From: Vulcanimicrobiales bacterium
GTDB lineage: Bacteria; Vulcanimicrobiota; Vulcanimicrobiia; Vulcanimicrobiales; Vulcanimicrobiaceae
NCBI GenBank assembly: GCA_038215615.1
Contig: JBBQQR010000002.1
Coordinates: 64,001-128,000 of the forward strand
Length of the DNA stretch: 64,000 nucleotides
Reading direction: 5' to 3'
Under the pieces are notes generated by a model, which did not search any database, was not told where the DNA came from, and saw nothing but the letters and a program-made list of their open reading frames with translations. Within the stretch, counting starts at the first letter, position 1. Every line of letters starts with the position of its first letter. This document shows, in pieces, positions 1-9,058 of this stretch. The position numbers were made by a program, and so were the translations under genes.

Positions 1-683
1 ACGATCGTGATCGGCGCCGACAGTAACTGCCCGCCGCGCACGATCGTGAGTTTGACCGGCGTGCCGGCCTTGCCGCGCAAGTGCGAAGAAGCTTCGGGAA
101 GCTTCATGTTTTTGGTGGATATCCCGTCGATCGCCGAAATGATGTCGCCTTCTTGCACGCCGGCCTTGTCAGCGGGGCCGTCCGGAATGACGTTGCTGAC
201 GTCGATGAATTTGGTCGCATCGTCTTGTTCGATCACGATGCCCGTGCCGGCAAACGAGCCGCCGTTGAGTCCTTGGTTGAGGTCGGCGTACTCTTTGGGC
301 GTCAGGAACGTTGTGTACCGGTCGTGTACGGAACTCAGCATCCCGGCGATCGCCGCGTAGGCGAGCAGATGCGAACTGATCTTGCCGTGCGCCAAACGCG
401 TTGCAACATCGACCTCGTGGCCGACCGCGCGCGCCGTGCGGGCGGAGCTGTCTGCCGCGAAGATGGGCGGCAGGCCCGCGCCTATTCCGGCCAGGCGAAG
501 CTGCTTGGACAGCTCGGCGCGGGCACCGTTGACGATTGCCTGAGCGTCGGTCTTCCGGTAGAAGTCGGCGCGCAATTTTTCGTAGCTGAACTGAATCTCG
601 CTCGCGTCCAGCGGAGCGATTTGTTGGGGCGCGGCTGCGGTCAGAAAAGCGGCGGCGCAGATCAGGGCGATGTAACGGTTCAT
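1..683 (-). CDS. S41 family C-terminal processing peptidase, paralog 2 (partial, runs off window start; not in ORF track)
   Basis: Manual translation from ATG at 683: MNRYIALICAAAFLTAAAP... (signal peptide), AAIAGMLSSVHDRYTTFLTPKEY, GGSFAGTGIVI, PDZ-like NVIPDGPADKAGVQEGDIISAIDG, LRGKAGTPVKLTIVR. Same layout as the adjacent S41 gene. Confidence 0.88.
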   Translation of the reverse strand, partial: MNRYIALICAAAFLTAAAPQQIAPLDASEIQFSYEKLRADFYRKTDAQAIVNGARAELSKQLRLAGIGAGLPPIFAADSSARTARAVGHEVDVATRLAHGKISSHLLAYAAIAGMLSSVHDRYTTFLTPKEYADLNQGLNGGSFAGTGIVIEQDDATKFIDVSNVIPDGPADKAGVQEGDIISAIDGISTKNMKLPEASSHLRGKAGTPVKLTIVRGGQLLSAPITI

Positions 684-690
684 AGTCTCT

Positions 691-2103
691 CTAACGCGTG
701 AAGCGGTCCAGATATGCCTTGGCGGCTTGCAGTTGTTTGTCTTTCGGGGTGTCAATCAGTCGAAAATCCAGTAATTGCGCGACGTTTTGATCCGGCGCGA
801 TGCCCTTATGTTGGATATCGCGTCCGGCCGGGGTGAGGTAGCGCTCGGTCGTGATCTTCAGCGCGCCCCCGTTGGGCATCGTGTAGATACCCTGGACGAC
901 GCCTTTTCCGTAGGTCTGCGTGCCGATGAGCGTAGCCATTTTGTAATCCTGAAGCGCGCCGGCCGTGATCTCCGAGGAACTGGCCGTGTAACCGTTGACC
1001 AGCACGACAAGCGGGCGCAAGCCTGAAATGTACTCGCCGGTCGCATCCTTAGAGTTTTTGTCGCCCGCGCGGTCGATCTCGGTGACGATCGTTCCGTGCG
1101 GTACGAAGTAACTCGAAATATTGACCGCTGCATCGAGCAACCCGCCCCCATTGAACCGCAGGTCGAGGATGTATCCCTTGGCGTGCTTGGCCTTCCCCTG
1201 CAGCAGCGCTTTGCGAATCTCGGTCGCGGAAGTTTGTCCGAAGTCGCTCAAACGGATATAGTCGTAGCCGTTCTCCATTTTGGCGTGCACGGTCGGGACA
1301 TGGATGATCTCGCGCGTGATGCGGAAGTTACTTCGCGCCGTTCCTTTATAAGGATGAGTCTTGAGCGTAACCTGAGTGCCTTCCGGCCCCCGGATCAAGC
1401 GCTCGACGCGGTCGAGCGTGAAGCCCTTTACTGTATGTCCGTCGACGGTGTCGAGGAGCGCGCCGGCCTGCATGCCCGCGCGCGCGGCCGGCAAATCGGG
1501 GATCGGTTGCAGCAGCACTTGGCCGTTCTTGAGCTGATAAATGAAGACGCCGATGCCGCCGAAATCGCCGCCGTTAAGCTGCTCGTTGAGCGCACGAATC
1601 TGCTCGGGCGGCAGATAGACCGTGTAGGTATCGTTGACCGACTTGAGCATCCCCGAAAGCGCAGCCTGCGTGAGATCTGCCGGCGCGATCCCCAAGGGTG
1701 CGTAGCGGTTGCGCGCGGAGGCGAGCTGACTGTCGAGTGCCGAGAGCGCTTGCGTTTCATCGTTGCCGGCGGGCACGGCGGCAATCTGTGGCGCAATGTG
1801 TTTCTTTTTTAATGCATCCTTGAGATACGAAAGCATACCCGCGCGTTCGCCCGCGACAAGCGTTTGCGGGTCGACGCCTTTGTAGTAGCTCTGCTCGACT
1901 TGATCGAACGCGACCCGAAGGAGCTCGTTATCCGAATCGCTGCCCGATCCCAGGTTCACATTGAGTGAAGCGAGCTGATCCGCCAAGGGCGCGCGCGCGG
2001 CCGCCGGCCCCGGCGCGGTACGCGACGCGAAATACCACGCTCCCGCGAAAAAAGCAGCGGTAATGGCAAGCGCGATAATGAGCGCGCGAACGGGTGACGG
2101 CAT
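691..2103 (-). CDS. ctpA: S41 family carboxyl-terminal protease (CtpA/Prc-like) with PDZ domain
   Basis: N-terminal TM, GGIGV PDZ entry, LDLRFNGGGLL, catalytic TASSSEI and TYGKGVVQ motifs. Confidence 0.92.
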   Translation of the reverse strand: MPSPVRALIIALAITAAFFAGAWYFASRTAPGPAAARAPLADQLASLNVNLGSGSDSDNELLRVAFDQVEQSYYKGVDPQTLVAGERAGMLSYLKDALKKKHIAPQIAAVPAGNDETQALSALDSQLASARNRYAPLGIAPADLTQAALSGMLKSVNDTYTVYLPPEQIRALNEQLNGGDFGGIGVFIYQLKNGQVLLQPIPDLPAARAGMQAGALLDTVDGHTVKGFTLDRVERLIRGPEGTQVTLKTHPYKGTARSNFRITREIIHVPTVHAKMENGYDYIRLSDFGQTSATEIRKALLQGKAKHAKGYILDLRFNGGGLLDAAVNISSYFVPHGTIVTEIDRAGDKNSKDATGEYISGLRPLVVLVNGYTASSSEITAGALQDYKMATLIGTQTYGKGVVQGIYTMPNGGALKITTERYLTPAGRDIQHKGIAPDQNVAQLLDFRLIDTPKDKQLQAAKAYLDRFTR

Positions 2104-2149
2104 ACTCGCTTAGTACCCACTTCCGCGGAAGCGAGTTTCGGCCCGGCCG

Positions 2150-3319
2150 TTAATGCAGGTAGGCCGTCGGATCGACCGGTTTTCCCGAGATGCGGACCTC
2201 GAAATGCAAGTGAGGCCCCGTCGAGGCGCCGGTTGACCCGACCGCGCCGATGGCTTGCCCGCGCACAACCTGCTGGCCGTTGGAGACGAAGATGCGCGAG
2301 AGGTGCCCGTATCCGGTCGACATCCCGCCGCCGTGATCGATCAAAATGTAATTCCCGTAGCCGCCGTACCAGCCGGCCGAGATGATCGTTCCCGATGCTG
2401 CCGCGGTCACGGTCGTTCCCATGTTCGCGCCGATATCGAGACCTTGATGAAATTCCGCTCCGCCTCCGAATGGACTGCGGCGCCAGCCGAACGGCGATGT
2501 GATCACGCCGGTTACCGGCCATCCGAGCGCGCCCGGAGCAATTTCCGGGGTCGTAATGCCGGCGGCGCGGCGCGCCGCCGCTACCTGCGCTTCGCGTTCG
2601 CGGATGAGTGCGACGAGCTGATCGTTTTCGGCTTGGCTCAAGCCCTCCATCTCGGCAACTTGCCCGGCGACGTGATGGCGCTGCGCGTCGGCCAGCGCGA
2701 CGAGATTTCCACGTTCCTGAGCGAGAACGTCGAGCTGGTTGCGCGCGCGTTGCTGCGCGAGCTGCTCCGACTCAAGAGCAGACTGCGCACCCTGCAGCGC
2801 TTGCTGTGCGAGGCGGACTTTTTTCTCGGCGGCTTTTCGCTCGCGCACCGCGCGCTGGTTGGCCGCAATCAGTAGGCCCAAATCTTGCCAACGCTCGACA
2901 AAATCGGAAAACGATTTGGCCGCCATCAGCACGCTGAGATAACCAAGGTCGCCGCGTTCGTAGGTATCGATTAGCCGCCGCTTGAGTAAATTGTCGTGCA
3001 GCGCCAGCGTCTTGCGCGCCGCGTTGAGCTGGACCGTATTTACGTCGAGTCTGCGCTGCGTTTGGGCCGCTTGCGAGGCCAGGCTTCCCAGGCGCGAGCT
3101 CACTTCACCGATCGAGTGATTCGTTTGGTCGAGCGCGCCCTGCAGGTTGGTTACGCGCACGGTTGCCGCGTGCAGCTCCGCCCGCTTCTGATGGAGCCGT
3201 TGGTCGATCGCTGCCTTCTTCGCTTGTTCGGCACGTATGCGCGAGTTGAGATCGGACGGCAGCGCCGTTGCGGGAACGAGGCCCAGCAATACTACGACGG
3301 CGGCCAGTCTGCGGATCAT
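2150..3319 (-). CDS. Coiled-coil + M23 peptidase (EnvC-like murein hydrolase/activator)
   Basis: Signal peptide, long coiled coil, M23 motifs HQGLD, YGHL, STGPHLHFEV with intact Zn ligands; downstream of ftsEX. Confidence 0.9.
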   Translation of the reverse strand: MIRRLAAVVVLLGLVPATALPSDLNSRIRAEQAKKAAIDQRLHQKRAELHAATVRVTNLQGALDQTNHSIGEVSSRLGSLASQAAQTQRRLDVNTVQLNAARKTLALHDNLLKRRLIDTYERGDLGYLSVLMAAKSFSDFVERWQDLGLLIAANQRAVRERKAAEKKVRLAQQALQGAQSALESEQLAQQRARNQLDVLAQERGNLVALADAQRHHVAGQVAEMEGLSQAENDQLVALIREREAQVAAARRAAGITTPEIAPGALGWPVTGVITSPFGWRRSPFGGGAEFHQGLDIGANMGTTVTAAASGTIISAGWYGGYGNYILIDHGGGMSTGYGHLSRIFVSNGQQVVRGQAIGAVGSTGASTGPHLHFEVRISGKPVDPTAYLH

Positions 3320-4242
3320 TGGCGGCGCTTATCTTTCACGTAAACCGAACCCCCGATCGACTTGGCATAGCGTTTTAGCTCGGCGGCCGTTTCACCGATT
3401 TGCGCGTAATCGGTCAGTTGACGCTGCTCGCTCGAAACGAGCGCTATCGATAGCGACATGATCGCGTACCGGTTGAGCGCGCCGCGCCTATCGTGCGTTT
3501 CGATAAAACCTTGGCGGAGGTCCTGCGGACGGTACAGATCGCGAATGCCGCGATCGAAATCGGCGATGATCTCTCGCGCGACTTCTTCGCCGCGTTCGGG
3601 CAGCGTGACGATCAAAAAGTCGTCGCCACCGATATGTCCGACGAAATCCTTATGCGTCCCGCGTCGGCGCACGATGTCGACCGCGATCGACGCGACCATG
3701 CGGATAGCCTCGTCTCCGTGCGTAAATCCGTAGACGTCGTTGAAGGCTTTGAAGTTGTCGATATCCATGTAGAGCACGGCGAACGGCGCCTGCGACTCGA
3801 TGCGACGGCGCAGCTCGGCTTCGATCGCCAGGTTGCCGGGCAACTTCGTCAGCGGCGATAGCGATGCGTCCATCTCGACGCGTGCGATTTTCGCGCGCAC
3901 CCGCGCCAGCAGCTCCTGCGGCCCGAACGGTTTGGTGATGTAGTCGTCGGCGCCGGCCTCGAAGCCGGCGAGTTTGTCTTCGACCTCACCTTTGGCGGTC
4001 AGCATGATGATCGGCACGTGCGCGCTTGCAGGCTGCGCGCGAATATGCCGCGCCAACTCGTAGCCGTCCATAGCCGGCATCATGACGTCGAGCACGACCA
4101 GGTCGGGCTGCAGCGTTTCCAACGTCCGCAAAGCATCGGCAGCGCTTGGCACGGCGATGACCTCGTATCCCGCAAGTTCCAAGTTCGTCTGGATGATCTT
4201 GCGCAGGTTGCGGTCGTCGTCGACGACCAAGATTTGGGGCAT
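3316..4242 (-). CDS. Response regulator receiver + GGDEF (diguanylate cyclase-like) protein
   Basis: REC motifs VVDDD, LDVMMP, YITKPF; then PLTKLPGN, DIDNFKAFND.YG...GD, GHIGGDDF. Confidence 0.92.
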   Translation of the reverse strand: MPQILVVDDDRNLRKIIQTNLELAGYEVIAVPSAADALRTLETLQPDLVVLDVMMPAMDGYELARHIRAQPASAHVPIIMLTAKGEVEDKLAGFEAGADDYITKPFGPQELLARVRAKIARVEMDASLSPLTKLPGNLAIEAELRRRIESQAPFAVLYMDIDNFKAFNDVYGFTHGDEAIRMVASIAVDIVRRRGTHKDFVGHIGGDDFLIVTLPERGEEVAREIIADFDRGIRDLYRPQDLRQGFIETHDRRGALNRYAIMSLSIALVSSEQRQLTDYAQIGETAAELKRYAKSIGGSVYVKDKRRQ

Positions 4243-4937
4243 CAGTCGCGCTTGGGCAGCGAGATCGTGAAGGTAGTGCCGCGGCCGGACTCGCTTTGTG
4301 CGTGGATTTTTCCGCCGTGCGCGCGCACGATTGCGCGGGCGATGTAGAGTCCGAGTCCGCTGCCGCCTGCTGCGTCGACAACCTCAGAATTCGCGCGATA
4401 AAAACGCTCGAAGACATAGGGGAGGTCGTCGCCGGAGATGCCGATCCCCGAATCACTGACCTCTACGAACGTGCCGTCGGCTTCTTCGCGCGCGCGAATT
4501 GCGATCGCGCCGCCCTCGGGAGAATATTTGATTGCGTTCTCGATCAGGTTGCGGAAAAGATCGCGCAAGCGGTCGGGGTCGCCGGAAACGCAAGCGCCCG
4601 CCGTCTCGCGTCGAACCGGGTGACGTTCGGTGTCGAAATGTATCTCCGCTAAAGCTTCGTCCAACACCGCGTCGAGCGGCACGGTCGTTCGCCTGCGCAG
4701 CAGTTGACCCGCTTCGACGCGCGTTACCAGCAGAAGGTCGTCGATTAAACGCGAGAGGCGGTCAGCCTGTTCTTCGATGATGCGCAGATACTCTTCGCGT
4801 TTTTCCGCAAAGAGCTCGGGGTTTTGACGAAGTGTTGCGGTGTAAGCTTTTATCGCGGCGAGCGGGGTCTTGAGCTCGTGCGAAACAGTGCTGACGAGCT
4901 CATTCTTGAGTTGTTCGATTTCGTCGATACGGCGCAT
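4242..4937 (-). CDS. Histidine kinase, HisKA + HATPase_c only (no sensor domain)
   Basis: H-box VSHELKTPL at about residue 20, N-box NLIENAIKY, DSGIGI, FERFY, GSGLGL. Confidence 0.92.
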   Translation of the reverse strand: MRRIDEIEQLKNELVSTVSHELKTPLAAIKAYTATLRQNPELFAEKREEYLRIIEEQADRLSRLIDDLLLVTRVEAGQLLRRRTTVPLDAVLDEALAEIHFDTERHPVRRETAGACVSGDPDRLRDLFRNLIENAIKYSPEGGAIAIRAREEADGTFVEVSDSGIGISGDDLPYVFERFYRANSEVVDAAGGSGLGLYIARAIVRAHGGKIHAQSESGRGTTFTISLPKRD

Positions 4938-4948
4938 AGCATCAATCT

Positions 4949-5854
4949 CTAAGCCCGTAAATACCGTCCGACCGCGAACCAGGAAGCCAGTGCCCCCACG
5001 GCCGCGCCGACGGCAAACAGCTCGAGCACGAGGGATGAGAGGTCAACGGCGACCGTATTTAAGGGAAGCCACGGAAGTGCCGAAGCGATCTTCGGAACCA
5101 GCGATGCTCGCGCCAGCGCGAGCGCGCCGACGGCAATGGCGGTTCCGGCAACGCCTGCCAGCAGACCTTCGCAGATGAACGGCATGCGAATGTACATGTT
5201 GGTCGCGCCGACGAGCTGCATGATCGAAATCTCGCGCCGCCGCGCGAAGACGGTCAGGCGGATCGTATTGGAGATGATGATGCCCGCGACCAGCAAGAAA
5301 AGCACGATGACTGCTATACCCACCGGACGCATGACCGCCGCCAACTGGAGCAGCCGCTGTACCACCTCCCGTCCGTACTCCACGTTCTGCACGTGCGGCA
5401 GGCGGGCGACGCTCCGGGCTACCGCGGGAACTTCTTGCGCATCGCGGACGCGAATGCGGAACTTATCGGGCAGCGGATTCTCGGTGAGCAGCGATGTGTC
5501 GATCTGACCCTTCATCAGCCGGCGCATCTGCGCGAGCCCCTCGCTTTTGGGAATGAAGCTCACGCTGCGGATGCGCGGGTCTTGCGTCAGCTGGGCACGC
5601 AGCAGCGCTTCTTGCGCAGCGGTCGCCGCCGGATCGGCGTAGGCCGAGATCTCGATCTGACTGAAGACGCCGGACTCGGCGTGAATGAGGGCGGAACGGG
5701 CGTACAAGAAAATTCCGAGCATGACGATCGTCACTGCGACGGTGCCGATTGCCGTGATCTGCATGCCTGCGTTCCGGGTGAAGTTCCGCCGGACCTCACC
5801 CAGAAAGAATCTGATCTTGCCCCAGTCCAAGGAAGTAGTAACCTCGTTCTTCAT
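4949..5854 (-). CDS. ftsX: Cell division permease FtsX
   Basis: NPLP periplasmic motif, ISNTIRLTVFARRREISIMQLVGAT..YIRMPF..EG; follows ftsE. Start may instead be TTG at 5830. Confidence 0.95.
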   Translation of the reverse strand: MKNEVTTSLDWGKIRFFLGEVRRNFTRNAGMQITAIGTVAVTIVMLGIFLYARSALIHAESGVFSQIEISAYADPAATAAQEALLRAQLTQDPRIRSVSFIPKSEGLAQMRRLMKGQIDTSLLTENPLPDKFRIRVRDAQEVPAVARSVARLPHVQNVEYGREVVQRLLQLAAVMRPVGIAVIVLFLLVAGIIISNTIRLTVFARRREISIMQLVGATNMYIRMPFICEGLLAGVAGTAIAVGALALARASLVPKIASALPWLPLNTVAVDLSSLVLELFAVGAAVGALASWFAVGRYLRA

Positions 5855-6506
5855 CGGTAATCACGACGCCGTTGTCCAAGCGCACGACGCGCCGGCGCAT
5901 CCGGTCGACGACCGCTTGATTGTGCGTAGCGACGATTACCGTGGTGCCTTTGAGATTGATCCGGCGAAGCAATTCCATAATCTCCGTCGTGTTGGCCGGA
6001 TCGAGATTGCCGCTGGGTTCGTCGCACAGCAGCAGTTTGGGATTATTGACCAGCGCGCGTGCGATGGCGGTCCTTTGCTGCTCGCCGCCGGAGAGTTCGT
6101 TGGGATACATGCGGCTCTTGTGCGCGAGCCCGACCAAGTCGAGCGCGCGAGGCACTTGACGCTGCACGTCGCGCGTATGCGCGCCCGTAACTTGCAACGC
6201 AAATGCCACGTTTTCCCAGACCGTTTTGTCGCTCAAGAGTTTGTAGTCTTGGAAGACGACGCCCAGATGGCGGCGCAGCGCCGGGATGCGTCCGCGCGCG
6301 AGGCGGTCGACGCGAATTCCGTCGACGTTGATGTGTCCGCTCGAGGGAGCCATCTCGCGGTAAAGCAAGCGAAGGAGGCTCGATTTGCCCGTTCCGGAAT
6401 GGCCGACCAGGAAGATGAACTCACCCTTGCCGATCTCGAGGCTGACGTTGTCAAGGGCGCGCACTCCGTTCGGATAAACGAGCGACACGCCGCGTAATGA
6501 GATCAT
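5796..6506 (-). CDS. ftsE: Cell division ATP-binding protein FtsE
   Basis: Walker A GHSGTGKS, VVFQDYKLL, LSGGEQQR, DEPSGNLD, ATH; start taken at MISL (6506). Confidence 0.95.
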   Translation of the reverse strand: MISLRGVSLVYPNGVRALDNVSLEIGKGEFIFLVGHSGTGKSSLLRLLYREMAPSSGHINVDGIRVDRLARGRIPALRRHLGVVFQDYKLLSDKTVWENVAFALQVTGAHTRDVQRQVPRALDLVGLAHKSRMYPNELSGGEQQRTAIARALVNNPKLLLCDEPSGNLDPANTTEIMELLRRINLKGTTVIVATHNQAVVDRMRRRVVRLDNGVVITDEERGYYFLGLGQDQILSG

Positions 6507-6556
6507 CGCTGCAAGAGGGTTTTTCAAACTGCCCGAACGGATACCTCCGCTACGTT

Positions 6557-7705
6557 ATGAATCTTGACTTAACCGCAGAACAAGAGGCTATCCGGCGGAC
6601 CGTGCGGGAATTCGCGCACGATCGGGTTGCGCCGCGCGCTGAAGAGATGGACCGCGAGGAAGCGTTTCCCTACGATCTGGTGCGCGAAATGGCCGGGCTC
6701 GGACTCATGGGCCTGCCGTTCCCGGAAGAATACGGTGGCTCGGGTGCCGACACGGTGAGTTACGCGCTCGCCGTCATGGAGCTCGCGCGGGCGGACGCGT
6801 CGACGGCCATTACGATGGCCGCGCACGTCTCGCTTGGAGCCATGCCGTTCTACCTGTTCGGAACGAGCGAGCAGAAAGAGAAATATCTGGTTCCGCTGGC
6901 GCGCGGCGAGCGGCTCTGGGGCTTCGGGCTGACCGAGCCCAACGCCGGCAGCGACGCCGGCAACACGCAGACCAAGGCCGTACTTCGGGACGGCAAATGG
7001 GTCGTCAACGGCACCAAAGCGTTCATCACCAATAGCGGAACCGATATAACGGCCGGCACGACAATTACCGCGGTGACCGGAAAGCGCGACGACGGCAAGG
7101 CCGAGATAAGCAATCTGATCGTGCCGCAAGATGCCCCCGGTTTTTCGCGCAGCAAAAAATATCGCAAGATGGGCTGGCGTGCGTCCGATACGCGCGAGCT
7201 GGTTTTTGCCGACTGCGAGATTCCGCCGGAGAATGTCCTGGGGGCGCGCGGCGAAGGCCTCAAGAATTTCTTGACGATCCTCGATGGCGGCCGGATCTCG
7301 GTGGCGGCGCTCTCGGTCGGTCTGGCGCGCGGTGCGTATGACGAATCCGTGAAATACGCCAAGGAGCGCCACGCTTTCGGAAAACCGATCAGTAAATTTC
7401 AAGCCATCGCGTTCAAGATCGTCGATATGATCACGGAGATCGAGCATGCCGAGCTCATGGTGCTCAAGGCGGCCTGGGAAAAAGATCAAGGCCGCGATTT
7501 CGTTCAGAGCGCGAGTTACGCCAAACTCTATGCCGCCGAATTATCGCATCGCGTCGTGAACGACGCGGTGCAGATCCACGGCGGGTATGGCTTCATGGAC
7601 GAGTATCCGGTGTCGCGTATGTACCGCGATCAAAAAATCAACGAAATCGGCGAAGGCACCAACGAAGTGCAGCGTATGATCTTGGCCAAGCTGCTCGGCC
7701 TCTAG
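6557..7705 (+). CDS. Acyl-CoA dehydrogenase family protein
   Basis: FGLTEPNAGSDA, NGTKAFITN, QIHGGYG, IGEGTNEVQR; start at MNLDL. Confidence 0.95.
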   Translation: MNLDLTAEQEAIRRTVREFAHDRVAPRAEEMDREEAFPYDLVREMAGLGLMGLPFPEEYGGSGADTVSYALAVMELARADASTAITMAAHVSLGAMPFYLFGTSEQKEKYLVPLARGERLWGFGLTEPNAGSDAGNTQTKAVLRDGKWVVNGTKAFITNSGTDITAGTTITAVTGKRDDGKAEISNLIVPQDAPGFSRSKKYRKMGWRASDTRELVFADCEIPPENVLGARGEGLKNFLTILDGGRISVAALSVGLARGAYDESVKYAKERHAFGKPISKFQAIAFKIVDMITEIEHAELMVLKAAWEKDQGRDFVQSASYAKLYAAELSHRVVNDAVQIHGGYGFMDEYPVSRMYRDQKINEIGEGTNEVQRMILAKLLGL

Positions 7706-8424
7706 TTCTGCACCGCCGTCGACCAGCCTGAGTAATCGCCGCCGAACTCTTCGGCAAGCGTCGTGAGTGCGACGCGCATCTCCGTGATTTTGAATGGATC
7801 CACGGTATCGAGCTTCGCGCACCGCACGGCGTTTTCGCCTGCATCGATTGCAATGCGGTAGCCTTTGTTGGACATAGCGCGCGCAAAGCCGTCGAGCTTT
7901 TCCCGGTCGTCGAAAGTGACGGTGTGTTCGATCGGCCGGCGCTTTTCAAGGTCGTCGCCCGCGTCGATTAACACTTGCAGCGCCTTCATGTCGTTGGCGA
8001 ATGCCATTTGCTGCGCGTCGGGATAAAGATAGTTAGTGTAGATCGCCCAGAGCGGATCGCTGGCGGCGAGCAAGCTGTACGTATACTCTTCGTGTGCGGT
8101 CATGACGCCGGCGACGCGCGGTCCGACATCGTCGCTTTGCGGCCCATAATAATGGAAGGCGCGCATGCCCCGGCCGGTCACGCGTCCAGCTTCAACCAAG
8201 CCGGCCGGCTCGAGCGCCGATGCGAGCTTCTCTTCGATGCGCTGCAAAACGCGGTATTCGTTCGCGCAGGTCATGCCGTGCGGATCAGGCTCTCGTAGCG
8301 TTACGGCGAGGGTGTACGCTTCCGGCTGCCCGGGCCGTGGAGCGCCATCGCGAAGCGCCAGGTCGACTGCCACCGAGATCGGCTCTCCCTCGACGCGCGC
8401 AAAATACGATGACCAGTCCGCCAT
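7702..8424 (-). CDS. DUF695 / RraB-like domain protein
   Basis: MADWSSY N-terminus, GRVTGRG..F.YY, DPLW..Y..YLYP; C-terminal GDDL...RPIEH...F and GGDYSGW typical of RraB-like domains. Confidence 0.65.
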   Translation of the reverse strand: MADWSSYFARVEGEPISVAVDLALRDGAPRPGQPEAYTLAVTLREPDPHGMTCANEYRVLQRIEEKLASALEPAGLVEAGRVTGRGMRAFHYYGPQSDDVGPRVAGVMTAHEEYTYSLLAASDPLWAIYTNYLYPDAQQMAFANDMKALQVLIDAGDDLEKRRPIEHTVTFDDREKLDGFARAMSNKGYRIAIDAGENAVRCAKLDTVDPFKITEMRVALTTLAEEFGGDYSGWSTAVQN

Positions 8425-8510
8425 GCCCGATCTTTCTTCCCCAAAGGCCGCCCAGCCCGTCCTTTCGAACCTTGATTGCTAGCGGCCGCATCAACAGCTA
8501 AGGAGAGTTC

Positions 8511-9050
8511 ATGTTTCGTCGTCTTTTTCTCGCCGCCGCATTGTCGGCGCTCGCTTCCGCACCCGCTCTGGCAAGCTTGCCAACCGGTGCTACGGCCCCG
8601 GATTTCAAAGCGCAGGCTTCGCTCGGCGGCAAAGTCTTTGATTTCAATTTAGCCGCCGCGCTGAAAAAGGGGCCGGTCGTTCTGTATTTTTATCCCGCGG
8701 CGTTTACGAAGGGCTGCACGATCGAAGCGCACGACTTCGCCGATGCCGTAGACCAATATAAGAAGCTGGGCGCGACCGTGATCGGCATTTCGCACGATAC
8801 CATCGACACGCTGAATAAGTTCTCGGTGAGCGAGTGCCGCAGCAAGTTCGCCGTCGCGGCTGACCCTGCGCTGACGGTTGCCAAAGCCTACGACGCGGTT
8901 TTGGCGCAAGCTCCAACCTACGCGAACCGGACCTCATACGTGATCGCGCCCGACGGGAAGATCATCTACACCTATACCGATTTGAACCCCGCGATGCACG
9001 TCACCAACACGCTGCAGGCGCTGCAGCAGTACGAGGCGTCCCGGCACTAA
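8511..9050 (+). CDS. Secreted peroxiredoxin (BCP/AhpC-TSA family)
   Basis: Signal peptide, VLYFYPAAFTKGCTIEA (PxxxTxxC), RTSYVI; SD AAGGAG upstream. Confidence 0.9.
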   Translation: MFRRLFLAAALSALASAPALASLPTGATAPDFKAQASLGGKVFDFNLAAALKKGPVVLYFYPAAFTKGCTIEAHDFADAVDQYKKLGATVIGISHDTIDTLNKFSVSECRSKFAVAADPALTVAKAYDAVLAQAPTYANRTSYVIAPDGKIIYTYTDLNPAMHVTNTLQALQQYEASRH

Positions 9051-9058
9051 CGCGCGGC

